A stretch of 43,866 bases of DNA from the NCBI GenBank assembly GCA_035711845.1, contig DASTBU010000136.1, positions 1 through 43,866 of the forward strand, given 5' to 3'. Position numbers and translations under genes: made by a program. How positions within the stretch are numbered: position 1 is the stretch's first letter; each line of letters begins with the position of its first letter. Source of the DNA: Vicinamibacterales bacterium. GTDB lineage: Bacteria; Acidobacteriota; Vicinamibacteria; Vicinamibacterales; 2-12-FULL-66-21. Below are positions 9,074 through 19,743 of the stretch, piece by piece. The notes below the pieces were generated by a model. It was not told where the DNA came from and made no database searches. It was given only the letters and a program-made list of their open reading frames with translations.

Positions 9074-9330
9074 CCGATCTGAGCAGCGGCCAGAGCTGAC
9101 TGACAGTGCCGGTTGCCGGGGGTGGTGGAGTGCGCAAGCGGGCTGCCCGAGCCGTCGACGATCAGATGGTGCTTCGCGCCCGGCTTGCCGCAGTTGACCG
9201 GGCTCGGGCCGTCGTGGCGCCCCCTTTTTCGCCTGCACGTGGCTGGCGTCGATGCAGACTCGGTCCCAGCCGAGCAGGCGGGCCACGAACGGCAGGCGCT
9301 CGTCCACGGGCTGACACTCCTTCCACGGCA
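9074..9330 (-). pseudogene. IS5-family (IS427/IS1031-group) transposase remnant, frameshifted and truncated
   Basis: Two minus frames read ...WDRVCIDASHVQAKKGAP and ...GPSPVNCGKPGAKHHLIVDGSGSPLAHSTTPGNRHCQS. Together these match the conserved IDxSxxRAxxxGG...GxKxHxxVDxxGxPL...TxGNxHD transposase core. The distal part is overwritten by the DHFR-family gene. Confidence 0.45.
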
Positions 9331-9542
9331 TGGCGCCTCCTCAGTGAGGGGCCGAAGTGTCACCCATGTCTCTGGAATCCGGTGTTACCTATGTCTCAGG
9401 AATGACAGCTCACGCGTGCCAACGAGGGCGTGAGCTACGGTTGGCAAGCCACGCGCAGGTTGTCCACCGTAGCGCAAAGCGCGAAGATGGACCTTGAGGC
9501 CGTTTTCGATCGGAAACGTCCCGCGATTTGCCCACCGAAGGG

Positions 9543-10115
9543 TCAGGACGCTCCCTTCGCCTGCGCCGCGAGGAGGCTCAGGATCCGGGCGTACCGTTGG
9601 TCGGCCTCCGAGAACGCCTTCATGTACTCGTCCTCGCTGAGCTTCGCCTTCCGCCAATCCCCGTCGAAGGCCAGCTGGCTGCTACCGTTCTCGAACGTAT
9701 CGGCCGCCTGATCGCCATCAGGCCTGGCCACGAGCCCATCGCAGCTCTGATCGATGATGAAGACTTTCGACCCGGCGACCGAGGCCGAGTTGAGGTCGAT
9801 GTAGATATCCCGATAGTTCTTGCTGCTCATCTTCGCAACGAGCAGCGGCGGCGCCGCGTACTTCGCGGATACGACCAGTAGCTGCGCGCCAGGGAAATAG
9901 AGAGCGGCCACGAAGGTGGTGGGATCGGACGGATCGACAGCCGCGATGCTGTCCAGCTTCGCCGCGTCCAACGCGGCCGCCAGTTCCTTGGCAGCCGCGA
10001 CCGACTTGGCTTCCTGGGCCTGGACGGGCGCCAGCATCCCAAACATCAGCGCAACAGAAGCGGCGACGAGAGGTGTCAGCGCAGGGCGGACAGAAAACCG
10101 GAACTTGGGCTTCAT
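9543..10115 (-). CDS. Secreted hypothetical protein
   Basis: MKPKFRFSVRPALTPLVAASVALMFGMLAPVQA signal peptide followed by an Ala-rich soluble domain. Confidence 0.6.
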   Translation of the reverse strand: MKPKFRFSVRPALTPLVAASVALMFGMLAPVQAQEAKSVAAAKELAAALDAAKLDSIAAVDPSDPTTFVAALYFPGAQLLVVSAKYAAPPLLVAKMSSKNYRDIYIDLNSASVAGSKVFIIDQSCDGLVARPDGDQAADTFENGSSQLAFDGDWRKAKLSEDEYMKAFSEADQRYARILSLLAAQAKGAS

Positions 10116-10271
10116 GGCAACCTCGACAGGGTGAGTAGGGCTCCCTTCTACCACCGTCTCCCATCGAAGGTCAATCCAAGCGGTGTCGGACCCGCCCCCG
10201 ATCGCGAGGACTGGACGCCGGTGGCCTTGTCGGACAGGTCCCTTTGCTGAAGGACAGTTCCGCGCGGAACC

Positions 10272-10697
10272 TTACCCGATGAACAGGGGATCTTCTTCCT
10301 CGGCGTGCCGCCCGTGGCGGGGGCGCATGGTCCGGAAGCCCCTGAGCGCACCCAGAGTCGCCTTCAGGGCGGCCATCACGGCGAGACCCTCGCGCGCCGG
10401 CGTAATGATGGCTTCCTGCACCACCCCGGACGTGTACTCCACGCGTTGCGAGAGCTCGGTCACGAGCCTGTCGACCTTCTGCGCCTGTGCTGTGGCGAGA
10501 GCCGCCGTCCGGGACGCCTCGTCCGCGACGGCGGACGCCTTGGCGATGAGCGGACGGATCTCCTGCTGGACGGTCGTGAGCGTCTGCTGTGCCTGCCGGG
10601 CGATGCGCGCGGCCGCCACGATTGCCCCGATCTGGATCAGGGCCATGATCAGCGTGGCCCCCGCGATGACGGCCAGGAACGTCTCGCTCCAGCTCAC
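10272..10697 (-). CDS. DUF948-family membrane protein
   Basis: One N-terminal TM helix followed by a coiled-coil. The ATGA overlap with upstream ytxH suggests translational coupling. Confidence 0.65.
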   Translation of the reverse strand: MSWSETFLAVIAGATLIMALIQIGAIVAAARIARQAQQTLTTVQQEIRPLIAKASAVADEASRTAALATAQAQKVDRLVTELSQRVEYTSGVVQEAIITPAREGLAVMAALKATLGALRGFRTMRPRHGRHAEEEDPLFIG

Positions 10698-10996
10698 AGG
10701 CTCTCCCCGGGCTCTCGCGGCGGCGTGGCGGTCCCGCCGCGCGCCTGATTGTATGCTTCGCGCCCGCGCTCGACCGCGGAGGAGAACGTATCACGCTGGC
10801 GGTTGACGAACTCGCGCCCCTGGCGGGCGGCATCGGTGGCCCGCTCCCGCCCCTCGCGGGCCTTGTCCCCAAGCTTGCGGCGCATTTCCTCGCCTGTGGA
10901 AGGCGCCATCAGGAGGGCTACCGTGGCGCCGGTAATCGCGCCCAGCACGAACGACACTACGATGGTCCCCGCGGCTCCTGCGTCGTCTCTGGCCAT
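10694..10996 (-). CDS. YtxH-like stress protein
   Basis: 100 aa with an N-terminal hydrophobic segment and a charged helical tail (GEEMRRKLGDKAREGRERATDAARQGREF). Confidence 0.65.
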   Translation of the reverse strand: MARDDAGAAGTIVVSFVLGAITGATVALLMAPSTGEEMRRKLGDKAREGRERATDAARQGREFVNRQRDTFSSAVERGREAYNQARGGTATPPREPGESL

Positions 10997-11007
10997 CTCG
11001 CGCTCCG

Positions 11008-12051
11008 CTAGAAGATGCTGACCCTTACGTTGAGGTACTTGCGTGGATCTTTCCGGATGTCTGCGATGAGCGATCGGAGCTCGTTCGCAGCCGCATTCAT
11101 GTTCTCATATAACTGCCGGTCGTGCAGCAGTTGTCCGGCGGTTCCTTCACCCTTGCTCAGGCCCGCCGCGAGCTGGTCCACACGGCCTGCCAGCGAGTTG
11201 AACCGATCGTAGAGCTCTTTGTCCGTCAGGAGCTTACCGACGGTGTTGTCTCCGGAGTTCAGGCGCGTCGAGACGCGGTCGAAGTTTCCCGCCGCCGACG
11301 TCACCGACTTGGCCAGCGCGTCGTCGTTCAACAGGCGGCCCAGGCTTCCCTCGCCGGCGTTGATGCGCCGGGTCATCTCCTGGAGGTTCTGCAGGGACGC
11401 ATTGAGTCGCTGATACGCGGCGGGATCCCGAATCAGGTGGCCCAGCGTGCCTTTCCCTTCCCGAAGACCCGACGCGACGCCTTCAGCGGCCGCGACGAAG
11501 CCGGTGATCTCCTTGTACAACTCGTCGTCGCTGAACAGCCGGCCGACGGTTCCTTTTCCGGCTCGAATGTCCTGGAGGATCGCCGTCACCTGCGCGAGCG
11601 ATTCGGTCGCGCTGGCCGCCACGTCAGAGATCTGCCCCGTCGCGCGGGTGGACGGGATGAACGCGCCGTCCTCGAGCGGCGTGCCGGAGGCCGAGGGGCT
11701 GATGTCGATCACGGGTTCGCCCAGCAGGCTGAGGGAGCCGATCGAGGCGCGCGACTCGGTCGTGATGCGCGACTGCATGTCGTCGTCGATCTGCAGCGAC
11801 ACCTCGACTTCGGCGCCCGAGAAGAGGATGTCGTCGACCTTGCCGACCTCGACGCCGGCGACGCGGACGACGGCGCCGGACTTGAGCCCCTGCACATTGC
11901 TGAAGCGGGTCTTGAGCTCGTATCGCCCGCCAAAGAGGCCGCCGGCACCGGCTCCGACGGCGACGATCAGCATGGATGCGAGCGCGATCGCCGCGACGGC
12001 GATGATGCCAATCTTGAGTTCCGCCCAGGCGAGTGATCGTGTGCGTGGCAT
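11008..12051 (-). CDS. mlaD: MlaD / MCE-family substrate-binding protein
   Basis: N-terminal TM helix plus the MCE domain (VRVAGVEVGKVDDI) and a long helical C-terminus. Confidence 0.8.
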   Translation of the reverse strand: MPRTRSLAWAELKIGIIAVAAIALASMLIVAVGAGAGGLFGGRYELKTRFSNVQGLKSGAVVRVAGVEVGKVDDILFSGAEVEVSLQIDDDMQSRITTESRASIGSLSLLGEPVIDISPSASGTPLEDGAFIPSTRATGQISDVAASATESLAQVTAILQDIRAGKGTVGRLFSDDELYKEITGFVAAAEGVASGLREGKGTLGHLIRDPAAYQRLNASLQNLQEMTRRINAGEGSLGRLLNDDALAKSVTSAAGNFDRVSTRLNSGDNTVGKLLTDKELYDRFNSLAGRVDQLAAGLSKGEGTAGQLLHDRQLYENMNAAANELRSLIADIRKDPRKYLNVRVSIF

Positions 12052-12071
12052 AAGAAAGCTTCTTCAGAGTC

Positions 12072-12929
12072 TCAGGAAAGGAAAGCCTCGATATAGGGAT
12101 CCGCCGTGACCATCTCGCGCAGCTCGGAGGCATTCCCCTCGAAGGCGATTCCGCCGTCCCGCAGCATGATGAACTCTCCCTCGTCCGCCTTGGGACCGGT
12201 GGCGCGCTCGAAGAGGATGTCGTTTCCCTGTCGGACGGCCGTGTGTTCGGCGATGTAGAACGCGTCGCGCAGCTGGTGGGTCACGACGATGGAGCTGACG
12301 CCTTCGAGGTCGCGGAGCTTGATGATCTCCTCGTCCACCGTGAGGGCGGTGATGGGATCGAGGCCCGTGGTCGGCTCGTCGTACAACAGGATTCGCGGCT
12401 TGGCCGCCATGGCGCGGGCGATCGCCACCCGCCGCCGCTGCCCCCCCGACAGCTCCGACGGCATCCTGTCGATGAATTCCCCGAGCCCGATGAACCCCAG
12501 GACTTCCCGCACCCGTTGGTTCGCTTTCTCGATGGGCCAGTGCAGCTCCTCGAACAGCTTGTACCCGACGTTTTGGCGGACCGTCAGCGAGTCGAACAGG
12601 GCGCCCTCCTGGAAGACCATCCCGAGATCCGCGCGCACGGCCATGAGCTGATTCTCCGTCATGTTGTCCACTTGCTCGCCATTGACGAAGATCCGGCCGC
12701 CATCAGGCTTCAGCAACCCGAGGATCAATCGCAGAATCGTGGATTTGCCGGCCCCGCTCGCGCCGAGAAAGACCTTCGTGTGTCCGGTCTGGAGCGTGAA
12801 GCTGATGTTGCTCAGGATCACCTTTTCGTCGAACGCCAGGGACACATGGTCGAACACGATGATCGGGCCGCCGTGTGCCAGCGCTTCCTCGAGCAGGGGC
12901 GGGCGTGGGGTAGGCTGGAGAATCGCCAT
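12072..12929 (-). CDS. mlaF: ABC transporter ATP-binding protein MlaF
   Basis: Walker A GASGAGKST, signature LSGGQRRRVAIARAM, Walker B ILLYDEPTTGLD. The start overlaps the mlaE stop (ATGA). Confidence 0.85.
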   Translation of the reverse strand: MAILQPTPRPPLLEEALAHGGPIIVFDHVSLAFDEKVILSNISFTLQTGHTKVFLGASGAGKSTILRLILGLLKPDGGRIFVNGEQVDNMTENQLMAVRADLGMVFQEGALFDSLTVRQNVGYKLFEELHWPIEKANQRVREVLGFIGLGEFIDRMPSELSGGQRRRVAIARAMAAKPRILLYDEPTTGLDPITALTVDEEIIKLRDLEGVSSIVVTHQLRDAFYIAEHTAVRQGNDILFERATGPKADEGEFIMLRDGGIAFEGNASELREMVTADPYIEAFLS

Positions 12930-13702
12930 CAGTACATCAGCACGATGAGCAGCTGTGTCACCAGATAGTCCACCGCGATCACGGACACCGAGCTTGCGAC
13001 GACGGCGTTCGTCGTCGAACGACCGACGCCCTGCGTGCCGCCCTGCGTGCGCATCCCCACGTGACAGCCGATGCTCACGATCGTGAACCCGAGGATGAAC
13101 GGCTTGATGAGCCCCATCCACACGTCCTGGATGTAGAGCGCCTGCACCACCGAGTTCCAGTAGACCGAGGATGCGACGCGCAGCAGGAAAACGGTGACGA
13201 CCCAGCCGCCCACCATGCCGACGCTGCTCGCGATGACCGTGAGGACCGGCACCATCACGACGCCGGCGAGGATCCGGGGGAGCACCAGCTTCCGGATGGG
13301 ATCGGTGCCGAGCGCCCGAAGCGCCGCGATCTGATCGGTGACGACCATCGAGCCCAGCTCAGCGGCGATGCCCGAGCCGACCCGGCCGGCGACCATGAGG
13401 CCGGTGAGCACGGGCCCGAGCTCCTTCACGATCGACGCGCTGACGAGCCGCCCCACCATGGACCGCGCGCCGAACTGGTCGAGCGTGAAACCCGACTGCA
13501 GCGCGAGCACCATGCCGGTGAACATCCCGGTGAGGACGACGACGGTCATCGACCCGACGCCGATCGCCTCGAACTGCTCGATGATGTCGCGGTAGTAGTA
13601 CGGACGCGACACCAGCGCGCGGCCAACCTTGCCGACCATGCGGACGTACTCCTGGACCTCCAGGAGCGCCGCTTTCAGCCACTCGACGGACTGGCCCGGC
13701 AC
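12929..13702 (-). CDS. mlaE: ABC transporter permease MlaE
   Basis: 257-aa polytopic permease with the MlaE/YrbE pattern. Confidence 0.85.
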   Translation of the reverse strand: MPGQSVEWLKAALLEVQEYVRMVGKVGRALVSRPYYYRDIIEQFEAIGVGSMTVVVLTGMFTGMVLALQSGFTLDQFGARSMVGRLVSASIVKELGPVLTGLMVAGRVGSGIAAELGSMVVTDQIAALRALGTDPIRKLVLPRILAGVVMVPVLTVIASSVGMVGGWVVTVFLLRVASSVYWNSVVQALYIQDVWMGLIKPFILGFTIVSIGCHVGMRTQGGTQGVGRSTTNAVVASSVSVIAVDYLVTQLLIVLMY

Positions 13703-13704
13703 GA

Positions 13705-15714
13705 TCAGCGCCTGCTTCCCGCGAGACCCAGTTCGCGGCCGCGCAGCTGTTTGATCCGGTCGCGCAGGGCTGCCGCTTTCTCGAACTCGAGATTGGCGGC
13801 TGCCGCTTTCATCTGGGTCTGAAGCTCCGCAATATGTGCCTCCAGCTCGGCGTACGTGCGGAACTCGTCGCCCTCTTCGGCGGGAACGGTCACATAATCG
13901 CGCTCGTAGACGCTCGTCAGCACCTCGTCGATGCTCTTCACAATCGACGCGGGCGTGATGCCGTGCTGCTGGTTGTATTCTTCCTGGATCGCCCGTCGCC
14001 GTTCGGTCTCGTCGATGGCCTGCCGCATCGAATCGGTCACTCTGTCGGCGTACATGATGGCGCGGCCGTTGACGTTGCGCGCGGCGCGGCCGACCGTCTG
14101 GATGAGCGAGCCGCCCGAGCGGAGAAATCCCTCCTTGTCGGCGTCGAGAATCGCCACGAGCGACACCTCGGGCAGATCCAGCCCCTCGCGCAGCAGGTTG
14201 ATCCCGACCAGCACGTCGAACTCTCCGCGGCGCAGATCCCGCAGGATCTGGATCCGCTCGAGCGTGTCGATGTCGGAGTGCAGGTACCGGACCTTGACGG
14301 CCAGCTCCTGATAGTACTGCGTGAGGTCCTCAGCCATACGTTTGGTCAGCGTCGTGACGAGCACTCGTTCGTGTTGCGCGGCGCGCTCCCGAATCTCGGC
14401 GAGGAGGTCGTCCACCTGGCCGCGGACCGGCCGCACCTCGATCACGGGATCGAGAAGGCCCGTGGGGCGGATGATCTGCTCGACGACGGCACCGCCCGCG
14501 CGGCGCAGCTCGTACGGTCCCGGGGTTGCGCTGACGAAGAGGAGCTGGCCCACGCGCGTCTCCCACTCCTCGAAGTTCAGGGGCCGGTTGTCCAGCGCCG
14601 AGGGCAGGCGAAACCCGTACGCCACGAGGACTTCCTTGCGGGAACGGTCGCCGTGATACATGCCGCGGACCTGGGGCACCGTCTGGTGGCTCTCGTCCAC
14701 GATGGTCAAGGCGTCCGACGGCAGATAGTCGAGCAGCGTGGGGGGCGGCTCGCCTGGCGCCCGCCCGGTGAGGTGCCGTGCGTAGTTCTCGATCCCATGG
14801 CAGTATCCGATCTCCTTGATCATCTCGAGATCGAACATCGTCCGCTGGTGCACGCGGTGGGCTTCGAGAACCTTGCCCTCCGACTCGAGCTGGCCCCGAT
14901 ACCACGCCAGTTCGGCCTTGATGCTCTCCACGGCCTGCTTCGTCCTGTCGCGGGAGGTGACGAAGTGGGTCTTCGGGTAGATCGCGACCTTGTCGTTCCG
15001 GCGAATCGTCTTCCCGGTCAGCGGGTCGAAGCTGACGAGCTCGTCGACTTCATCGCCGAACAGCTCGATTCTGAGCGCCTGATCCTCGTAGGAGGGGTAC
15101 ACCTCCACGATGTCCCCGCGGACACGGAAAACGCCCCGGTTGAACTCGTAGTCATTGCGCTCGTACTGAATCTCGACAAGTTTTCGCAGGATCTGCTCGC
15201 GATCGATCCGCTGACCGCGCTCGAGCGGCAGCATCATCCCGTAGTAGGCCTCCGGCGAGCCCAACCCGTAGATGCACGACACGCTCGCCACGAGGATGAC
15301 GTCGCGCCGTTCGAAGAGCGAGCGGGTCGCGGAAAGCCGCATGCGGTCGATCTCGTCGTTGATCGTCGCTTCTTTCTCGATGTAGGAGTCGGTGCTGGGG
15401 ACGTAGGCTTCGGGCTGGTAGTAGTCGTAATAGCTGACGAAGTATTCGACGGCGTTCTCGGGGAAGAAACGCCGGAACTCCTGATAGAGCTGGGCCGCGA
15501 GCGTCTTGTTGTGCGCCATCACGAGCGTCGGGCGATTCACGCGCGCGATGCACTGGGCCATCGTGAAGGTCTTGCCGGATCCGGTCACCCCGAGGAGGAC
15601 CTGGGCCTTGTCCCCGCGATCGAGCCCCTCGACGAGCTCGTCGATGGCGCGGGCCTGATCGCCGCGCAACTCGAAGTCGCTGACCAGCGTGAAACGGTCG
15701 TATTTGGAGGCCAT
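13705..15714 (-). CDS. uvrB: Excinuclease ABC subunit B
   Basis: [31 protein letters not shown]...[12 protein letters not shown], helicase motifs, and the C-terminal UVR domain [16 protein letters not shown]. Confidence 0.95.
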   Translation of the reverse strand: MASKYDRFTLVSDFELRGDQARAIDELVEGLDRGDKAQVLLGVTGSGKTFTMAQCIARVNRPTLVMAHNKTLAAQLYQEFRRFFPENAVEYFVSYYDYYQPEAYVPSTDSYIEKEATINDEIDRMRLSATRSLFERRDVILVASVSCIYGLGSPEAYYGMMLPLERGQRIDREQILRKLVEIQYERNDYEFNRGVFRVRGDIVEVYPSYEDQALRIELFGDEVDELVSFDPLTGKTIRRNDKVAIYPKTHFVTSRDRTKQAVESIKAELAWYRGQLESEGKVLEAHRVHQRTMFDLEMIKEIGYCHGIENYARHLTGRAPGEPPPTLLDYLPSDALTIVDESHQTVPQVRGMYHGDRSRKEVLVAYGFRLPSALDNRPLNFEEWETRVGQLLFVSATPGPYELRRAGGAVVEQIIRPTGLLDPVIEVRPVRGQVDDLLAEIRERAAQHERVLVTTLTKRMAEDLTQYYQELAVKVRYLHSDIDTLERIQILRDLRRGEFDVLVGINLLREGLDLPEVSLVAILDADKEGFLRSGGSLIQTVGRAARNVNGRAIMYADRVTDSMRQAIDETERRRAIQEEYNQQHGITPASIVKSIDEVLTSVYERDYVTVPAEEGDEFRTYAELEAHIAELQTQMKAAAANLEFEKAAALRDRIKQLRGRELGLAGSRR

Positions 15715-15836
15715 CGCAGTGGAAGTACAGAAGCGCCCCGGCGAGGGACGACAATCGGTGATCGTACCATAGGTTCCACCGGAGCCAGTCGTCCGGCAGG
15801 CGGGTGAATGTGACCCGAGGAAGGACCAACCCCTCC

Positions 15837-16880
15837 TCAGGGCAACGATGCCTCGCGGTAGGGGGCGAAGTAGCCTGATCTGCTTCTGATCCGGGTGTCT
15901 TTGAGGTCGGAGCGCTTGAGCCGAATCTGGACTTTCCTCCACGCGCCGTCGGTGCGGGCGTCCGTGGAGACGTACCCGAGACTGTAGCGGGCGGCCATCT
16001 CCCGCTGAATGTTCTCGTAAATCCGATCGAGCTCCTTCAGGCTGGCCGGAAAGAACGCCTGGCCGCCCGTGGTCGCCGCCAGACGTTGAAGCTGCATCCG
16101 CTGCTCGTTCCGCGACGAGCTCGAGTAGTGTTCAAGGTATCCAATCACATACAGGGTGACGTCCGAGGCCTTGAGCAGATCCATCAATTCCTGATACGTG
16201 AGCGCGCTCCGAGTGTCGCCGCCGTCGGTGTACACGAGGAGGATCTTCTGGCCGGTCTGGCCGGCAGCGCCGTTCAGGTACACGCCGAGCGCGTCGTAGA
16301 ATGCCGTCCATCCTTCCGGCTGGCGCATGCGAATCCGCTCGATGAGCCGCGCGTACTCGCTCGCCGCATACCGGCTGATCCGGACTTCGGTGTCGAAATC
16401 CACCAGCGTGACATCCACGGCCGCCTCGTTCGCGTTCAGGAACTTGATGACGGCCGTCCGAACCTCATGAATGTCCTGCTCCATGCTCCCGCTCGTATCG
16501 AGCGCGACCCCAAGGTGCAGCTTCAGGATTTCGGCGACGTCCGCTCCCTCGGTGGGATCGCCCTCGGAAAAATACGTGATCGTCTGAGACTTGCCTTCTT
16601 CGAGGACCTCGAAGTCATCCACGGTCAGACCTGTGACCGGCGTGCCCTGCTTGTCGGTGACAATCACGGAGAAATGGACGAGGTCGACGGCGGCACGGAA
16701 GGTTTGCTGCGCGCCGAGCGTCAGGGTGCCGGCGACCACCACGATCACCGACACAGCGGCCAGGCCCTCGACCTCGTGTCGTCGCGCGAAGCTGGTCCGT
16801 CGCGATCCAAGGAGCCGCCACCGACCGTGCTCGGAATCCTCCACGACTCCCGCAACCTGATCTTCTGCGTTGGCGTTCAT
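15837..16880 (-). CDS. von Willebrand factor A domain membrane protein
   Basis: TM anchor then a VWA fold with MIDAS residues (LDTSGSM...). Lies 13 bp downstream of the large beta-barrel-like ORF. Confidence 0.7.
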   Translation of the reverse strand: MNANAEDQVAGVVEDSEHGRWRLLGSRRTSFARRHEVEGLAAVSVIVVVAGTLTLGAQQTFRAAVDLVHFSVIVTDKQGTPVTGLTVDDFEVLEEGKSQTITYFSEGDPTEGADVAEILKLHLGVALDTSGSMEQDIHEVRTAVIKFLNANEAAVDVTLVDFDTEVRISRYAASEYARLIERIRMRQPEGWTAFYDALGVYLNGAAGQTGQKILLVYTDGGDTRSALTYQELMDLLKASDVTLYVIGYLEHYSSSSRNEQRMQLQRLAATTGGQAFFPASLKELDRIYENIQREMAARYSLGYVSTDARTDGAWRKVQIRLKRSDLKDTRIRSRSGYFAPYREASLP

Positions 16881-16893
16881 GGGATTCCTCCGG

Positions 16894-19608
16894 TCAGAAG
16901 ATCTTGTATGCCGTCACCCTGAACACGTGGGTGCCCCGACGGCCGTCGTTGCGCCGGCCCTGAACGCCAAACCCCCACTCGGCCGCCAAGAGCGTTCCGA
17001 AGGGCGCGGGCGCTTCAACCGCCATGCCGATGCCAGTGAACCGGTGCAGTCCCTCGCCAAAGCCCGGATCGTGAACGAACGCCGCGTCGGCGAAGCCGTC
17101 CAGTCGCAGCCGGCTGCTGGCCGACCAGGCCATGGCCCCCCGCAGCACGGCGCCGCGATCATACCGGATCAGCGCGCTCGGATACCCCCGAAGTGGATTG
17201 TCGAACGCTCCGAATGAATACCGGCTGAAACGGTCGAGATCGTGACCGCCCATCCAGGCTGCCTCCCCACGCGCAACCAGCGCCGGCGTGAGAACAATCG
17301 AACGGGCGAGGGAGGCGCCGTAACGCTGGAAGTCACGATGCTCCAAGCGATACTCGTCACTGCCAGGGGCCCCCCAATCCCTCCACGCCTGCCGGACCGC
17401 CGGTGCCCACCACGCGCTCGCGTTCCATCCCCGCTTCCGGGCCTCGACCACGACCCGGACCCCATGAACCAGGTGTGACGCCGGGACGACGAACGCCGGG
17501 TCCGTGGATTCTGCCGGTGCGTAGTGCGTGTAATCGAGGTCGTATCCGACACCGAGCGATACGCGCTCGCTCAAGGGCCGGACACCCTGGACCGATAGGT
17601 GCGCCGGCCTCTGCCGGATGTTTCGTTCGTATTGCTCACGGCCCTCGAGGAATGCGCGGTCGTTGAAGGATGACGCGATCGCGAAGGCACGCCCGGCAAG
17701 CTGCCAGCGGGACCCGCCCGCCGATGGCAGCGAGAAGGCCAGCTGGCCGAACGTTCCGCCGAAGAACCCGTTGAACTGCATGCCGGTGCCGAACAGGTTG
17801 AAATCGACATAGTTGACCCCGGCAAATGGAAGCGGACGGGTGATGTTCGGATCGACGATCATCCCCGCGGCAATCGTGCGCACGCGCTCGGCCGGCCCGT
17901 GGATGTTGGGCGGGATGGCGTCGCCCGCGGCCCCTGCGAGGCCAGACCGGCGCGCGAGGTAGCGGTATCCGTCAGCCGTGTCGCGCAGCATGACGTGGCC
18001 GGACGCGTATGCCCCGGCGCGGCGGTCCGTGAAATCCGCCGCGTTGATCTCGTGACGATGGACGGCCAGGACGCGCTCGATTGGCGTGCGATGGGCCGCC
18101 CCCTGGTAGACCTGATACACGCGCGACTCGCGCAGCAGCCAGATCTGCTCATCGAACTGCTCGAACCGGTCGACCTGCTCTGAGTACACAATCGGGCCGC
18201 GCAAGCGCACCTGCGTCGCCGCCAGCTTCACGAGCGCGAACGAGTCTGCGGCAATCCACGCCTTCCCCTTGAACAGGCTGCGCTCTCCGAGCGGCTCGAA
18301 CGAGACGACGTAGCACGGCGTGCCGTTGACGGTCTCAGTGCCGGCAAGCGTGTACGAGTACATGTCGGTCAGCTCGATCGCGAGGGGCGCAGACACCACC
18401 CGTTCGGGCTCGATGAGCGGCAGCCTCGGCACCCCGCGGTCACCGAACGCGAGCCCGTTCACGCGAATCGACCGCTGCTCGATCTCCGTGCGCGTGCGAT
18501 CGCTGTAGATAATCGCGTCGGAGCCGATCGTCACGGGCGCCGGGAAACCGGGGGCTTCGAAGGTCAGCGTGAACGTGCCCGAGGAGATTCTCGTGCGCAC
18601 CCTCGAGGCTTGCCGCGCCACGGCCGCCTGGTGGCGGGCGATGACCTCCTGAACGGTGAGCAGGCGCGGTGCTCGAACATCGATACCCTCGGCGAAGCGC
18701 TCGCCCGTGGACTCACGAATGCTGACCAGCAGATCCCCGGTCGACAGTGCGACGACCTCGGCTGCTCTGTCGGCCGGGGTCACACGCAACAGGCTCGTCT
18801 GGCAGTCGTCGATCCACGACACGTGGTCGAGTGTCTCGGGATCGAGCCAGACATCGGATTGACGCTCGCCACACGCCACGCGAACACTCGCACCATGGAC
18901 GAGGACGAGCCCTTCCGGCAGGATTGCCGCTGCGGCGGCGAGATCGGCCAGCATCCGAGTCAGGACTTCCCCGTCGCGTGGCGCCTGCCACAGCGAGCGC
19001 GCCGGGGCACCCGAATGCGTCCCCCTGACGGCCGTCGCCACCTCGGACAGTTCCCCGGCGTCGAACCACCAGGGGACGAGCATGGAGGGAGGCGACCGGC
19101 CAACGACGAAATCAGCGTACGCGCCGATGTCGTGGGCCAGCAAATCGCCGAGCATCGCATCTGGCGCCGCGATGCCGATAGGCACATGCCGCGGAAGGCT
19201 CGCTCGCAGCGCCGTCAACCGGGTCTTCAGGTCGTAGTGAAGCTCCACCGGTACTACGAGCGCATCGTCGATCCGGATGACGACCGTCTCCAGCGCGGAG
19301 GCAATCGCGGGAGGCAGATCTCGCCCGGGCAGTCCCTCGATCAGGAGGCCGGCGCGGCCGCCCCGCTCCACGACCGCCTCCACCATCTGCCGGCCCGCTG
19401 CTTCCCCGCCGGGCCGAACCCGCACGAGGATCTCCACCCCGGACAGCCTGGGGGGCAAGCGGTCAGCGTGCGCCGGCGACGCGACGACCACCACGCAACG
19501 CCCACAGGGCGCCTCGTCGGCGGACGCCAGCCGGACCTCACACATACCGGCCGTCAGCAGCAGCGCCACGAACAGCCGAGATATACCAAGCGAACCCACG
19601 CGTCGCAT
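16894..19608 (-). CDS. Large secreted protein, probable outer-membrane beta-barrel with periplasmic N-terminal domains (unknown function)
   Basis: Signal peptide MRRVGSLGISRLFVALLLTAGMCEVRLASA. The C-terminal ~350 aa are rich in alternating aromatics/Gly and end in ...VTAYKIF, an OMP-like terminal Phe. Confidence 0.55.
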   Translation of the reverse strand: MRRVGSLGISRLFVALLLTAGMCEVRLASADEAPCGRCVVVVASPAHADRLPPRLSGVEILVRVRPGGEAAGRQMVEAVVERGGRAGLLIEGLPGRDLPPAIASALETVVIRIDDALVVPVELHYDLKTRLTALRASLPRHVPIGIAAPDAMLGDLLAHDIGAYADFVVGRSPPSMLVPWWFDAGELSEVATAVRGTHSGAPARSLWQAPRDGEVLTRMLADLAAAAAILPEGLVLVHGASVRVACGERQSDVWLDPETLDHVSWIDDCQTSLLRVTPADRAAEVVALSTGDLLVSIRESTGERFAEGIDVRAPRLLTVQEVIARHQAAVARQASRVRTRISSGTFTLTFEAPGFPAPVTIGSDAIIYSDRTRTEIEQRSIRVNGLAFGDRGVPRLPLIEPERVVSAPLAIELTDMYSYTLAGTETVNGTPCYVVSFEPLGERSLFKGKAWIAADSFALVKLAATQVRLRGPIVYSEQVDRFEQFDEQIWLLRESRVYQVYQGAAHRTPIERVLAVHRHEINAADFTDRRAGAYASGHVMLRDTADGYRYLARRSGLAGAAGDAIPPNIHGPAERVRTIAAGMIVDPNITRPLPFAGVNYVDFNLFGTGMQFNGFFGGTFGQLAFSLPSAGGSRWQLAGRAFAIASSFNDRAFLEGREQYERNIRQRPAHLSVQGVRPLSERVSLGVGYDLDYTHYAPAESTDPAFVVPASHLVHGVRVVVEARKRGWNASAWWAPAVRQAWRDWGAPGSDEYRLEHRDFQRYGASLARSIVLTPALVARGEAAWMGGHDLDRFSRYSFGAFDNPLRGYPSALIRYDRGAVLRGAMAWSASSRLRLDGFADAAFVHDPGFGEGLHRFTGIGMAVEAPAPFGTLLAAEWGFGVQGRRNDGRRGTHVFRVTAYKIF

Positions 19609-19743
19609 CGTACCCTGAACGCGGGACAGACGGGCGATCGACGCCGCCGGGGTCCGGAACGCCTCCCGATTCGTCATATAATCAGCGTTTGCCCATGGAC
19701 ACCCTGCGGCCCGCGGGAGCCGGCCACCGGAGGCTCGGCTGAC

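Noticed and set aside
9371-9540. Direct repeat of the tRNA-Val 3' end marking the islet boundary
   Set aside because: Only 7-8 nt chance-level matches (for example TTGCCCACCGAAGG at ~9522). This is not enough to call an attachment-site duplicate, so the islet's right edge is left undefined.
18610-19743. N-terminal 378 codons of the 854-aa ORF 18610-21174
   Set aside because: This part is antisense to the large secreted-protein gene. Recognisable protein sequence begins at the GTG at 19744, which has a GGAGG RBS.
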